A stretch of 64,000 nt of DNA from Curvularia clavata. Taxonomy: Eukaryota. Numbering within the stretch: position 1 is the first letter of the stretch; the number at the start of each line of letters is the position of its first letter. The translations under genes and the position numbers were made by a program. Positions 1-12,598 of this stretch are shown here, piece by piece. The notes under the pieces are model-generated. The model did no database searches, had not been told where the DNA came from, and saw nothing but the letters and a program-made list of their open reading frames with translations. Location: the NCBI GenBank assembly GCA_023920165.1, contig CP089274.1:4712001-4776000 (forward strand), in the 5' to 3' direction.

Positions 1-1050
1 CGATGGCAGGGCCCACACCCAACGAGTCTTGCATCAGCTTGTCGTACTCCAGAATCTCAGGTGCCCTTCTGTTCTTCCACATGTCTTCCATGCTCCTTAG
101 CCGCTCAATATCCTCCTTGAATACTTTGTCAAAGACCATCCGTGGGAAGTCTTGGGAGCCCATGGAGTCGCGTATGCGCTTCAACGCCTGTGCCTCTTTG
201 CGCAGGTTTGCGACCTCATTCGCGTTGTCGGCGTCTTCACTGTGATCTAGCTCCGGAGCATCGTCTTCGGACGTGCCAAAAATCTCGGCGAACAGATACG
301 ACTTTGCCCAGACTATGCAATGGATAGGCTGTGAGGGGGTGCTTCGGATGGTACAAACGGGGAAGGACTTGGGCGCATCTTTGGGGGTGCAGTCGTAGCA
401 CTCGGTTTCGCCCTACGATTATCAATCAGTATGCGCAATTCTAAAACGCTTCGATCCCATGTTGCGTACCCGCTTGATGACCTGAACCTGGCCGTTGAAG
501 CCGGTTGTGCCGCTCTCGATCAATGGCACGTTGGCCGCGAGGCACATCTTGTTGACATGCCGGCGCGCATCCAAGTTATCAAGCGCGTTGAAGACGAGGT
601 GGAAGCTCTTGAACCACGCGACGTTGAATTGGCTATCCTTGATGTTGTCGTGGTATGCTATGATGTCAACATTGGGGTTGAACTTGGCAGCCGACTCTTT
701 CGCAACCTGTCGGGTCGTCAGCGCATGCGCAGTCACCTTTGTTTTTATGCGATTGTTAGCATACCAGCGCCTTGGACTTCTTGATATGCTCGTTGCGGAA
801 CAGGAATTGGCGGTTGAGGTTGCTCAGGTCGATGGTGTCCAAGTCCACGATATGGATCTCGCCGAAGCCAGTGAGAACCAGGTTCTTGAGGAGCTCGCAA
901 CCGATACCGCCAGCTCCTACCATCAAGACGCGCGACTAGACGGGGTCAGCGACTGTGTGGTGTGCGACTGCGCGGGCTTATAGCTACCTCTTTGATGCGC
1001 TGATGGAGCGGGCCACCCAGGCTCTGGCGAGCAAACTTGTCGCGAGCCAT
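1..1050 (-). CDS. UBA2: SUMO-activating enzyme E1 catalytic subunit (5' part, runs off the window)
   Basis: Spliced reading [13 protein letters not shown]...|[17 protein letters not shown]...[16 protein letters not shown], plus [29 protein letters not shown] and the catalytic region [18 protein letters not shown]; several GT-AG introns. Confidence 0.93.
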
Positions 1051-1411
1051 TGCGAAGTCGGTTCAGGTTTGGTCGGATGAATAGGTGGAGGGTGGGTGGA
1101 GTTGTGGGCGAGGCTGCGACATGCGAACAAGGCTGTAGCGCCGGTCCCAGGTGAAGGTAAGAGGCTCAGAAGGGTGAGAGACGTCAGTGCTGCTACGTAG
1201 TGCCGCTCCACCGGGACCGCGCCGTCTCGTTCAGCCTCCGAAGCTTGGCGCTTAAACGAACGCCCTATGGGTGGAGCATGCGACTGGAGACGCAGGGACG
1301 CACATTCATCGCCGCTGGGCCCTCCTGCTGACGAGACGAAACGCATCCTTGTGGATTCATTTTCACCGCGTTCACCGGACCTGGGGCTACCGTCTTTTGT
1401 TTGCCCTCATC

Positions 1412-2622
1412 ATGTCCGACGACGACGTGGACCTGGAGCTGCTCGACCTCATGCGAAAGCATTGGGGAGGCGGTGCTAAAAACAACGGCCCACCAGAGAC
1501 AAACGTGCTTGAAAATGCTCAATTCATCTACGACAACAGCATGGATGTTGCTCTCGACATGCGGTCCACCAAAGTCGCTGCCCAGCTTGTGCTGGACGAG
1601 ATGGAGAAGCGCGAGTACTCAACAAAGTCATGGTCCGAGCATGAGTTGCACCCAAAATCAAAGGATGAGAGCACCGTCAATTTCATCTTTACCATGGATC
1701 TGCTGAACTTTAGTTTCTGGAGCGAAAAGAACGAGGAGGACCGGTTTGCTGTAGTATACCAAGGGAAGAGATGGACTGGCTATTGGAGCCTGGTAGCAAT
1801 ATTGCAAAGAGCGCTGGAGCAAGAGATTCCTATTACTAGCCCAGATTTCTGGGTTGACGAAGAGGCATGTTCAGACGAAGTGCTGCGCACCGTGTTCAGT
1901 TCTGGCACCGACGAGGAAATCCCCATGTTTGAGCAAAGGGTGCGATGTTTAAGAGAGGCCGGCAAAGTTCTACAGGAGGTAAGTTTGTCCGTGTAGAAAC
2001 GAAGTGTCCGAGTCATGAACTTGGTTTTTGACTAACTGGATAGGAATTTGACAGTAGTGTGGTCACTCTCATTGAGGATGCAAACAACTCAGCGGCAGCC
2101 TTGGTAAACTTACTCGCCGAAAAGTTCAATTGTTTTCGGGACGAAGGCACATTCGACAACAAGAAGGTGCGATTCTTGAAACGTGCTCAAATCTTCGTTG
2201 CAGATTTATGGGCAGCTTTTGACGGCGAAGGATACGGCCAATTCGATGACATTGATAAGATCACCATGTTTGCAGGTACGTGTTGATCCCATCATGAATG
2301 TCGGTGCATAGGATTCATGTGTTCAGACTACCGTATACCACAAATGTTGCACTCATTGGGCATCATGTGGTACTGCCCACCTCTCGAAAATAAGATTCGC
2401 CGTCTGGAAATGATCGATTCAGGTGACACCTGGGAGATGCAGATTCGCGGCTGCAGTATTTGGGCCGTTGAGCTTCTTCGCCGTGAGATCAAGAGACTCA
2501 AACCGGACACCGAGGTCAATGCTATTCTCATAGATTTCTTCCTGTATGATTTGGCAAAGGAGAAGGAGAAGGAAGGGATAGATGTAATACCACATCACCG
2601 GACAAGAAGTATTTGGTACTAG
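1412..2622 (+). CDS. QNG1: Queuosine salvage protein / queuosine nucleotide N-glycosylase (DUF2419, C9orf64 family)
   Basis: Motifs FTMDLLNFSFWS, GYWSLVA, FLKRAQIFVAD, TMFADYRIPQ and PHHRTRSIWY; introns 1979-2043 and 2276-2326 join three ORFs in frame. Confidence 0.9.
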
Positions 2623-3452
2623 GAGGTGGTCTGATGCAGGCACTGCCACCTACTAGATGACACCTTGTGTACAGAGTATTCGGTGTTCGCGTGCTTGCGT
2701 TGCGGCAAAAGTGTCAATGTGCATGACGAACTTCTGATCAGACCATGTCAAGGGTTATTGGATTGCAATATCGCAATGTCGCACCGTAAGCACTTGTCCG
2801 TTCCGGGTTTCCGCCCCCCTAATTTTCAGAAGATCACATCCTCCGCGGGCGTGTCACGGAGCAGTAAATTACCGGCCTCTTAGAATTGAACATCACAGCC
2901 TGTCACCACAGAGCGAACCAGGTTTAACGGATGCCAAACCTTTGAGGTTGTCATGCAATGTTTGTAGGTAGCCGTTATTTGTCGGCGCTAACATTGCAGG
3001 CCACGCATGGGTACGCGGCCCATCGTCTTTGCTACCCATTTTGAGTAAAAATGATTCCCCCTTTTGGCACAAACTTTATATTATGAATTCTAATACTGGC
3101 GGTCCAACGTCACTAGTCGGCTGCAATGTTTCATGGCTCTGTCCTCCCCTCACAAAGGCCATGTTGATGGCAAGGGTCGTCGATAAGCTTACACGGATAC
3201 TCCTATGTACCGTCAATTTTAGGTTTCTATTCACCATCAGTGGATGCTCTTATACAAGCTGCAATCCCACTAAGGGATCTGCATTAGTCGTTCGTTGTTC
3301 TCAATCCTTCCACTGATTCTTCGGCTGTTCCTCTTGCAGCCCTAGTAGCCGTCCAGTACAGCCCTAGGAAGCCTTCATGTACCACCACTTGTGATTGCTG
3401 CCCAAAGAGAGCCATCAACTCACCACATATACAGATATCCTATACCTTCATC

Positions 3453-4978
3453 ATGGGAAATGCCGCGAGTTCCACAAGCACAGTGGGCTCCTCGCTCCAG
3501 CAATGCCTCGTGAAGGCCGTTGGCGAAGACAACGTTGCCTTTAAAGGCTCGCCCCTATACCAAGTCACCGACGTCAAGCCGTATAACCTTGATATCAGCG
3601 TTACTCCAACTGCAGTTACGTATCCCAGCTCTGCTGATGAAGTCGCTGCAATTGTCAAATGCGCCGCCGATAGCAAATTGAATGTACAAGCGCGGAGCGG
3701 CGGTCATTCGTATGCGAACTATGGTATTGGAGGGAAAGACAATGCCATCGTTGTTGACCTAAAACACTTTCAGCAATTCAGTATGGACCAGTCCACCTGG
3801 CGTGCTACTGTTGGCGGCGGAACGCATCTCGGCGACCTTACACAGCGACTTCATGACAACGGTAACCGCGCCATGGCCTATGGCACATGCCCGCAGGTAG
3901 GTATCGGAGGGCATGCGACTATTGGCGGACTTGGACCACCCTCTCGAATGTGGGGCGCTCTTCTCGACCATATAGAGGAAGTGGAGGTTGTTCTGGCCAA
4001 CTCGACCATTGTGCGTGCTTCAGAAAAGCAACACTCGGATGTCTTCTTCGCAATCAGGGGAGCTGCTGCCGGCTTTGGAATAGTCACTGAGTTCAAACTT
4101 CGTACTCAAGAAGCGCCCGGCAAAGCGGTGGTTTACTCCTACACTGTGCAAGGGGGTTCGACACAGTCAAAGGCAGATATTTTCAAGAAGTGGCAGAAAC
4201 TGGTATCTGATCCACAGCTCTCCAGAAAGTTTGCCAGTCAGTTTATCTTTACCAGGCAAATTGGCGCAATTGTAACTGGTACCTATTTTGGCAGCCAGGC
4301 AGAGTTCGATAGCTTGAACCTTACTTCTCGTCTATCAGTAAGCGCAAGCAATCAGTCTGTCGAGCTAAAAGATTGGCTCGGCGCTGTGGGTCACTGGTCA
4401 GAGGATGTCGCATTGAAGATCGTTGGGGGCGTACCTGCGCATTTCTACGCCAAGTCTCTCGCATACACAGAGAAGGATCTACTACCAGATGACGCAGTCG
4501 ACAAACTCTTCAACTACATGGCCCAAGCAGACGACGGCGGTGCGCTGACATTCGTTATCTGGGACCTCGCAGGCGGCGCCGTCAACGATGTCGCGCCAGA
4601 CGCAACTGCGTACGGGCATCGTGACGCGCTATTCTTTCACCAAGCATATGCTGTTAACCTACTTGGCAAGGTCCGTTTATCTTTCACATCGGAAACTATA
4701 ATCACTCTTTCTGACTCGCACAGGTCAACGACAAAACTCGCGCTTATCTCACTGGTATAAATAATATTGTCTTAGATTCGCGTCCGAGCCGCGACGAAAG
4801 CGTGTACGCAGGCTACGTGGATCCTGCACTGGGTGCAAATAGTGCAAGTTTATACTGGGGCGGTAACGTGGACAGGCTGCAGCATATCAAAGGACAAGTA
4901 GATCCGCAGAATATCTTCTCTAACCCACAAAGTATAACACCGGCAGTAAAGTCAGCAAAGAAAAGGCTTGCCATATAA
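3453..4978 (+). CDS. FAD-linked oxidoreductase, BBE/AA7 glucooligosaccharide oxidase-like
   Basis: ARSGGHSY covalent-FAD motif, GTCPQVGIGGHATIGGLG, C-terminal BBE motif YAGYVD...YWGGNVDRLQHIKGQVDPQNIFSNPQS after intron 4671-4723. Confidence 0.9.
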
Positions 4979-6020
4979 ATGTTTCAGACGAAAATACGAC
5001 ATTACAGGGAGTGTTGGAGGCCTAAGTTGCTCGACGCCGGTCTTGCAAGTCGGCATCACCATAGTATTCTTCGATTCTATTCCTCTTCTTAATTTTACCT
5101 CTGGTCTGTGTCTAGCAACTAAATATCTGGCGTTGCGTTCCAGAATATTCTTAGGCATACGTATTCTGCCAACGATCGGGGCCTGGAGCAGAAGTGGTGG
5201 TTAAAATCGCGGAGGACTGGGGCTATAGCATTTTTTTTCTTTGTATTTATCAATGGATTAATTTCTATAACTACATAGAACTGATTTCTCAAAGAACACT
5301 GCGGTCTGCTAGCCATTGTCCTTTTCTACTTCTCCGTATCCGCTCACAATGCCACTGAGTAACCCATATACCACCGCCAACCAGCCACGATACATACCTA
5401 GCCGTAACCCTATCCATAATACACGTACCAATTTCGTGGGCAGCTACTGTTCGATACATGTAATTTTAAATCTAAGTTGCTAGAAAGATCTTCGTAATAA
5501 ATGGCTAACCGAGATTTATTGGCTCTCATTGATGCTAAAGACCCTGAGATATGCATTTGAGAAACGAAATAACATTTCTCTTTTACCACATGAAATAAGA
5601 AAATGTTTGAGTTTTTTTTGGAGAGATCAAACTCATCGAAAAGTTCACAGTGAGAGAAGCTAGGTTTGTGTAATGTGTACTTGTATCAAGTGGCGAACAT
5701 GCTCAGCGTCCGTGCGGTCGGAAACCAAACCTAGGGAAATTTCGGTTCGTGACACCCCTTGCATTGAATATCTGCATTAGTGCCGCCAGCATCTCTACAA
5801 TAAATGCTATCAGAGTCAGAGATCAACCTCTTCTAGGGGTAGCATTAGCATGATTTAGGTTGACTTTTGCCAAGTGGTCTGCGAGACGACCAGTCTCTTC
5901 TGACGCGGCGGTACGTCCCATGCGGACTCTTCGTTGTCCAATCAGAACTTCGGTCATCAAGACACTCATATCGCTCACGTTTGCAGCTGTCAATAAAACA
6001 ATCGTCTCGAAAGCCTCGAT

Positions 6021-8085
6021 ATGGCTTTCAAAGGCCATCGATTATCTGCAGTTTCGAGGCGTCGCTATCCTTCTAATGTATTCGGCAATCCCCGTTCGGT
6101 ACCATCGTATCTACGGGTACTCGAAAAGAGGCAGTGGGTCAAACGGCCAGTTAAGTCTGCTGGAGATTGCAGTATCAAGAAACCAAAACCATGGCGGCCC
6201 ATTGGTGAGCTGCGACAGCACGTTGGACCAAAAGCCCGTATACCCGATCTCTTCCAGGGGGAAAATGACATACATCTAAAACTTGCAGCCCAGCGTTTGA
6301 AGTGGTACAAGACTCCACCGCGCCTTCACCACGATCTTCTGGAAGCAGTGGCAAAGGTAGGACGCCTCGAGGAGCGTATTCATTATACCTTTAAAGACAA
6401 GATGACATGTGTCGAAGCACTGAAGGTCACATCATCAGTTACGCCTCTATTTTTCAAAGGCATGATCTATAAAACTGATCGAAACAAACGCCTAGCTTTG
6501 CTAGGCGATCGCGTTCTCAGTATGGTTTTGTGCGAAATCTGGTTTCCCACGGGGAACTCACTAAGTGTGTTCGATTCGTATCTTACATGATTCAAACTGA
6601 CACTTGGGCAGGTGACTGTAAGTGTCCTCTCACTAACCTCATATGGGACAACATCTAAGTTCGTACATCCTGTAGACACGAAGATGCACACTGAGGTAGA
6701 AACGAGGGCTTCGCTAGCGGAAAGAGGCCGCGCCCTCGGTATACATAATGGACTACTGCTTCCCGAAGGGGTTGATGAACCAGAAGCCTTCCAAATTGCT
6801 GAGGCTTTCGAGGCGGTGATCGGAGCTATTTATCTGGATTCTGGTAAAAGCATTGAAGTGGTAAAAAAGGTCATCAACGACATCAAACTCGATGACCATA
6901 GATTCTTGACACCAAACTCTAGATCACGTAACGATCAAAACAGGAGGGAGCTTTGGTATCATTATGCGGAAGGAGAACTACTAGATGACAAGACCGAACT
7001 CCTAGAGCGCGAGGCACTTGGGCTGCAGAAGGAAATACAAGATGACGATGCGTCCGTCGCGGAGCAGCAAGGAGACAAACCTCCTGACGACTCCCAAATA
7101 CAGGTGACCGTAGAGACAGAGGCTGAAACTCCAGATCACAAGGCAACAGAGTTGCATAATGCAACGGAAGATGCGAATACTTCTATTGAAGAGCTAAGAG
7201 AAAATCTGGCTATTGACTCTCGAATGAAGGTGCACATAAAGAGACGCATCGAATATTTGAAGTCATTGTCATTGCGGAAGGAGAAGGAAAATTCAATCGC
7301 CTCCAGAAAAAGCCAAGGAGGCAAGCCTGGCGTGGACTCACGAACACGAGCGGACAGCAACGAGAACGCTATCGATGACTTGCAATCAGTCGTAAGTGAT
7401 TCAAAGCTATCGCGATGCCAAGCATTTCTTGAACGCAGAAAAGAACGTTCAAACTGTATGTATATTAGCTGACCATGTAACCTTGCAGGAGACCTCTGAG
7501 CCACCAGAATGTACAAGTGCAACTATTATGGATCTGGTGAAGGAGATAAAGGTGGTTCGTAGGCGAAAATCTAAAGCATCCTCAGGTCGAGCACGAAAAC
7601 GTTGGGAGATTGAATACCAAAAACTTCTGAAAGAGGCGTGGGATGTCACAACTAAGAAAGCGCTGAACCTTCGTGAGCTGCGCCTGCCAGCTGATACGGG
7701 AGCATTATACGAGGAAATACTTAAAGACAAGCTAGTAGTTGTCTTGAACCGAGAACAGCGTTGGAAGAAAGCGCGAGAGATTGCGTATGCAATGAAGCAA
7801 AGCCTTGCGCCAAAAGACCCTCAACAAACTGATATTCTGGGTGCTGAACACAGCCCTTCACATGTTACCCAGGAAACACCTAAAAATCCGGAAAAATCAC
7901 GGCGACGTGCAACAAAGCCCATGCCGCTTCAGGACAAACTTGAGAGAGATGGATTTGATTTTCTGTTTCCGGATGAGCCCACGACGGAAACCAATATTTG
8001 CGTCTGGACACCTGAAAAATTAAGAAAGGTCATGGCTCGCAACAAAAACGTGGATCTGACTAAGAAACGGTTGCCTCCTCGGTAA
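6021..8085 (+). CDS. RNase III-domain protein with long charged C-terminal extension
   Basis: LEERIHYTFKD, NKRLALLGDRVL and AEAFEAVIGAIYLDSG match the RNase III fold; predicted introns 6565-6611, 6618-6675 and 7392-7488 keep frame. Confidence 0.75.
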
Positions 8086-8420
8086 GCTCAAAGGGCTAGA
8101 CATCACGTGAGGCTCAGAGATCTATAAATTGCAGTATGACGCTTAATTGGGCTGAAGGTAGACAAGATTTTGGAGAGTGGTGGCTGTGCTGTTGGGAGTT
8201 TGCCTGCGCTATCGCCTGCAAGGTCACAAAGACATTTCTTGAACTGGATGAGACGCATCATTTGACAGAGTTCTTTTACTATATGATAATTTCATATTTT
8301 ATGATTCGTAGTATACTCCTTGTAGATTTCTCCTCGTTCGCAGACAGCTTCACTACAATTATCCTAGAAAACCCTCGAGCTTTGAGAACATATCTTGGCA
8401 TGCCGCTTGTGGCGTCTGCA

Positions 8421-8542
8421 TGACCAACAGCGAGATATTCTGGCATTAGCCAATCATGCTAAGCCCTCTACTATTGGGGTTACACCGCATATTCCAGTGA
8501 CCCGGCAGCGAGACATTCTGGTATTAACCAATCACGTCAAGT
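8421..8542 (+). repeat. Imperfect direct repeat (2 x ~43 bp), each copy containing CCAATCA
   Basis: tgaccaacagcgagatattctggcattagccaatcatgctaag versus tgacccggcagcgagacattctggtattaaccaatcacgtcaag. Confidence 0.8.
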
Positions 8543-8722
8543 TTGTATTGTTCGTCTTGGCATCTTTCTCAGCCTTTCTCATCTCTGTAATTCTCAAACA
8601 CGCCCAGAATTTTCTGTTGAGACTTACATCGCTTCAATACTCAACAAGTGAATCTTCTTTGCCACTATTCTTACCGTGCTCATTGTTCATAGTTGTGGTA
8701 CTTGGGGCCGCGTGTGGTCAAC

Positions 8723-10290
8723 ATGGCATCGAAGCTCACTGAACACAAGCGCCTACTGTGGCACCTGTACATTGAGAAAGACCTCACGGCCAAACAGATC
8801 TCCAAGTATATGGAAGAGGAGCATCAGGTGAAACATAGGTATGTATCTTGTCTTCCGGCTCCTTGCCTATCTTGCTGGGTTAATTTAATCTAGTGAGGGG
8901 ATGTATCAACGCGCCTTCAAGAAATGGGACTTCAAAAAATACTGCGATAGCAACGATTGGGTTTGGGTCGACAAGAAGCAGAGAGGACGAGGTGCGTTAG
9001 GAAAAGAGACACGCTTCACATTCAACGATCGAATCATAGATGACTCGAAAATTCGGAAGGAAATCTCACGTAATGTGAGTACTGTTCAGCAGATGACGAC
9101 TGGTGAGTGCTGCAGCTGAGATGCGAAATAGATGAAATGCTGATACGTACACTCAGTCACCACTCCGAAGACGCCAAGCGGCTGGGCTGCCATAACTCCG
9201 GCCGCGTCCACGCCCGGCTATGACCCCTCAGACTCCCATACTCTGCACAGTGAGAGTCCAATTGAACAGGAAGCGAACGTGGGAACCCTCTCAGCGGCAG
9301 ATAGCTCAAACCCTGTTCATACCAAACTTTCACACGTCAGAATTCTGGCGCAAACCATGCGAGAATGCGGCATATTTATCGACATGTGCGCTCGAGCACA
9401 TATGAATATCACTAGGCTTGTCATGACAATCAGATATTTCGATGTAGCTTGGGGCATCGTATTAGCACAACCTCAACCCCCATTCGTCGACTCTTCCGAA
9501 TACCCATCAGCGCTTCGCATCTTGCAAATGACCTTTTTCAACGATCATTTACAGCTTGATCAGTTCCTCAGAACAACAGAACGAACAACTGACGATGTTT
9601 TGCGTACAGCGCTATTCCTTACCTGTAAAGGTAATCAACACCAAGCTGCAAATGTCTTGCTGTCACATGGTGCGGAACCGAACTCAAAAGACAGTAATGG
9701 CGATCCGTGCCTTATCGTAGCCTCCCGCAACAACCTCGATAAAATAGTTAAACTTTTACTCGATTTCGGTGCCGATGTAGAAGCAAAGGATCTTGCAGGC
9801 AAAACATCGTGGTCACATGTGTGCGGACTCCAAAGCCATGATCTTGTCGCCTTAGTTCTGCAGGAAAGAAATGCTGAGAAGAACGTCAATTGGAAGGCTG
9901 GACACAATTCTCTTCACATGGCTTCTGCTCTTGGGCATGTGGATCAAGTACGAGTCATGCTCAGCCGTGGCATGGACCCATCCTTCGCCAACCTATATCA
10001 ATACCAGCCGCTGGCAAGTAGACTCTTCGCTGATGTCTGAGGAATAAGCTAATCCCAAATTTCAGCATTTGGCAGCAAAGTATGGTCACCTTCGCATCGT
10101 CAAAATATTGATCGAAGCGGGCGCTGACCTTACTCATATCTCCGTCTGCAGCACAACCCAACTCGACGCGGTGTTCAAGTATGATACCACAGGCATTTGC
10201 CAACTCATCAGTCATATTGCTCAGCAGATGAGACGAAAGGACTTGTCCGATCCACTCTCTTGCCTCCACCTCTATTTTTCAATCCGATGA
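8723..10290 (+). CDS. Clr5-domain plus ankyrin-repeat protein
   Basis: N-terminal HKRLLWHLYIEKDLTAKQISKYMEEEH...YQRAFKKWDFKKY (Clr5-like); ankyrin repeats LLSHGAEPN, LLLDFGADVE, SLHMASALGH and QPL|HLAAKYGH; three introns. Confidence 0.8.
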
Positions 10291-11525
10291 TAGTGAACAT
10301 CTCCAGAGCACGGCTGATACCTAAGGAAACGTAGTCTGCGTAAGCTGACCCACATTGACATCATTCAAATGCAAGCTAGTTCTCGAGTCTTCAACATTAA
10401 CGTGGATTCATTCAATGTTAGTAGAAGAACAGCTACGATGAGCCTTCCCATTTCCTACCCGAGAAGACACCACTCTGGACACTGCAGCTACTTCTGCTCC
10501 ACATACACATGTAGAAGAGCCTTTTTCATTCCCATTATTCTTAAATTTGGTCGATAAGGCTAAGTCAGAGCCCAACTCTTTCCTATTCCGGGAAATCCAC
10601 TCAAACCCGAAGGGCGTCATCTTCCGAGATACCAACGCTGGCGAGCTTGTCAAATACTGAACTGCAGATATGACCAAGCCCTCAAACACCTGAGCCCATG
10701 TTTTAGCGTGCATGGAAGGAAGGGGCAGATAGAGAACATACAGACAGTGTCTCGAGGGCTTTCAACCGACGCGCTTTCGAACCAGTAGCTAGTCAGATCT
10801 TGAGTATTCACACGTTCATACAACAAATCTTTGAATTTAGGAGATACGGCTTTGTTCTACAATAATCCCACATAACTGGACATCTCTATTTCATCCAAAG
10901 CACATGTTTCAAGCTTACTCAAGGCTTAACTTAACGTTTTTCGCAATCCAATGACCACAGAAAGCGGAAGCAATAGTCCAGGAAGTTGCACTGTCTACGG
11001 AATGTCAGAGACACATTTTGGGCAATGTCATGGTTATTGGGTGTGAACGTGTTACGACCGGATTGAGGGGTTGTGCTTCTCTGGAGATGTGTATTCGCAT
11101 GCCACAAACTTCACTCATCAGACTATCTCCCTGCAAGCTACTGTACTGCCACATGTTGCTATTGGCTGACGCCATAATCTTCAACTCCACAGGTCCTGAA
11201 TACCAAATTTGGCGACCGACTTCAGTGCACTTCCACTCCGAACAACTACAGCAGCATAGCCTTGTCATTGGCTAATACCAGAATGTCTTTTGCTGCGCCA
11301 CGAGTGCCTGGTGAATACCATTGGTCGGCGCCAAAATGTTCCTTCTCTACCATTGCAATGACACGATGTTACCTGTCGGTCAGCAACTCGAACATGTCAG
11401 TGCGGCCTAGGAGGAAGATAAATGAAGGAGAGGGGACTGCCAACATCGCCCACATCTGCACACAACTAGAACACTCATTACCACATCACGAAGCTATCCT
11501 CAAGGCATCCTCTATCTTCTCAATA

Positions 11526-11763
11526 ATGGCTCTTACAACCGAAGCAATTGTGGGCATTATAGGCGTGGTGGTAGCCCTGCCTCCAACATCTTATGTTATT
11601 TGGAAAATGAGCAATCATTTTTGGTGCACTCCGACAAATGAAGGTACGTCAACATGTCATCCTCAAGTTCTTTTCAGACATTGTATTTACTGACTCATAC
11701 GATGCAGAACACGAGCTTGAGTCAGCTAGAGCATCAGTCGACCTTTCCATCCGCAATCCATGA
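11526..11763 (+). CDS. Putative 57-aa single-TM small protein
   Basis: MALTTEAIVGIIGVVVALPPTSYVIWK hydrophobic N-terminus; GTACGT...CTGAC...CAG intron 11644-11707. Confidence 0.45.
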
Positions 11764-12598
11764 AATAAACAGGGTCGAAATCGACTTTGTTGCCCAGTTT
11801 TCTCAGAAGTTTTCTCACGCAGAGGTAGAGCACTATCAAAATTCACTTACCAGTGAACACTACCGTGGCTGACGTAGGATAAAAATAGTGGTTTTTGCTT
11901 GCTTCGCTTCGTACTTTGCGAAGGCGTTTGGTCATCTAGGTGTTTGGGTTGTGGACTATGTTACGTTTTCTAGCCTGGCCTCTGTCATACGGAACATGTC
12001 GTTTAGGGATTTCGGCATAGTCAAACAAACGCTATATGTGCAGTTGTATGATATATATGGCAATAAACGCGATTGAAACTGATTGACCTTCAGCATATGA
12101 TCTTGTGCATTAACGAGTGTACCCCTCTTCATTGGCTTAGGCCGTTGTGTTTGCACGAACAGTGCTGCTGCATCACACATGTTCATTCAATCATTCGTTC
12201 TCGCTCACACTCCCACAATTAGATTTATATCCACATTTCCCGCTTACATTCTCGTTTCTACATACATTACATTCCTAAAGGTACAAGATACTACATGCTC
12301 CATACGCCAAGTATCTTGTATTCTTTTGATGCTGTGGTGGTACAAGGTGAGTTCATGCGTCTGCTCCATGATATTTAATAGTATCCCAGTTCAAGATTCG
12401 ATGACGAGAGTTGCCCCAGGGATGGCCGTCGATCCGGACGCTAGAACGGCATGAACGGGTAGATCAGATTGCTGCCAGGGAAGCTATGACGTCGAGTGTC
12501 GATCACGTATCACATTGACATCTTCTATAGCAATATTTAAAAAAATCAACAATCAAAACACATGTACAAATACAAAACTACTTTTACATGCCGACACG

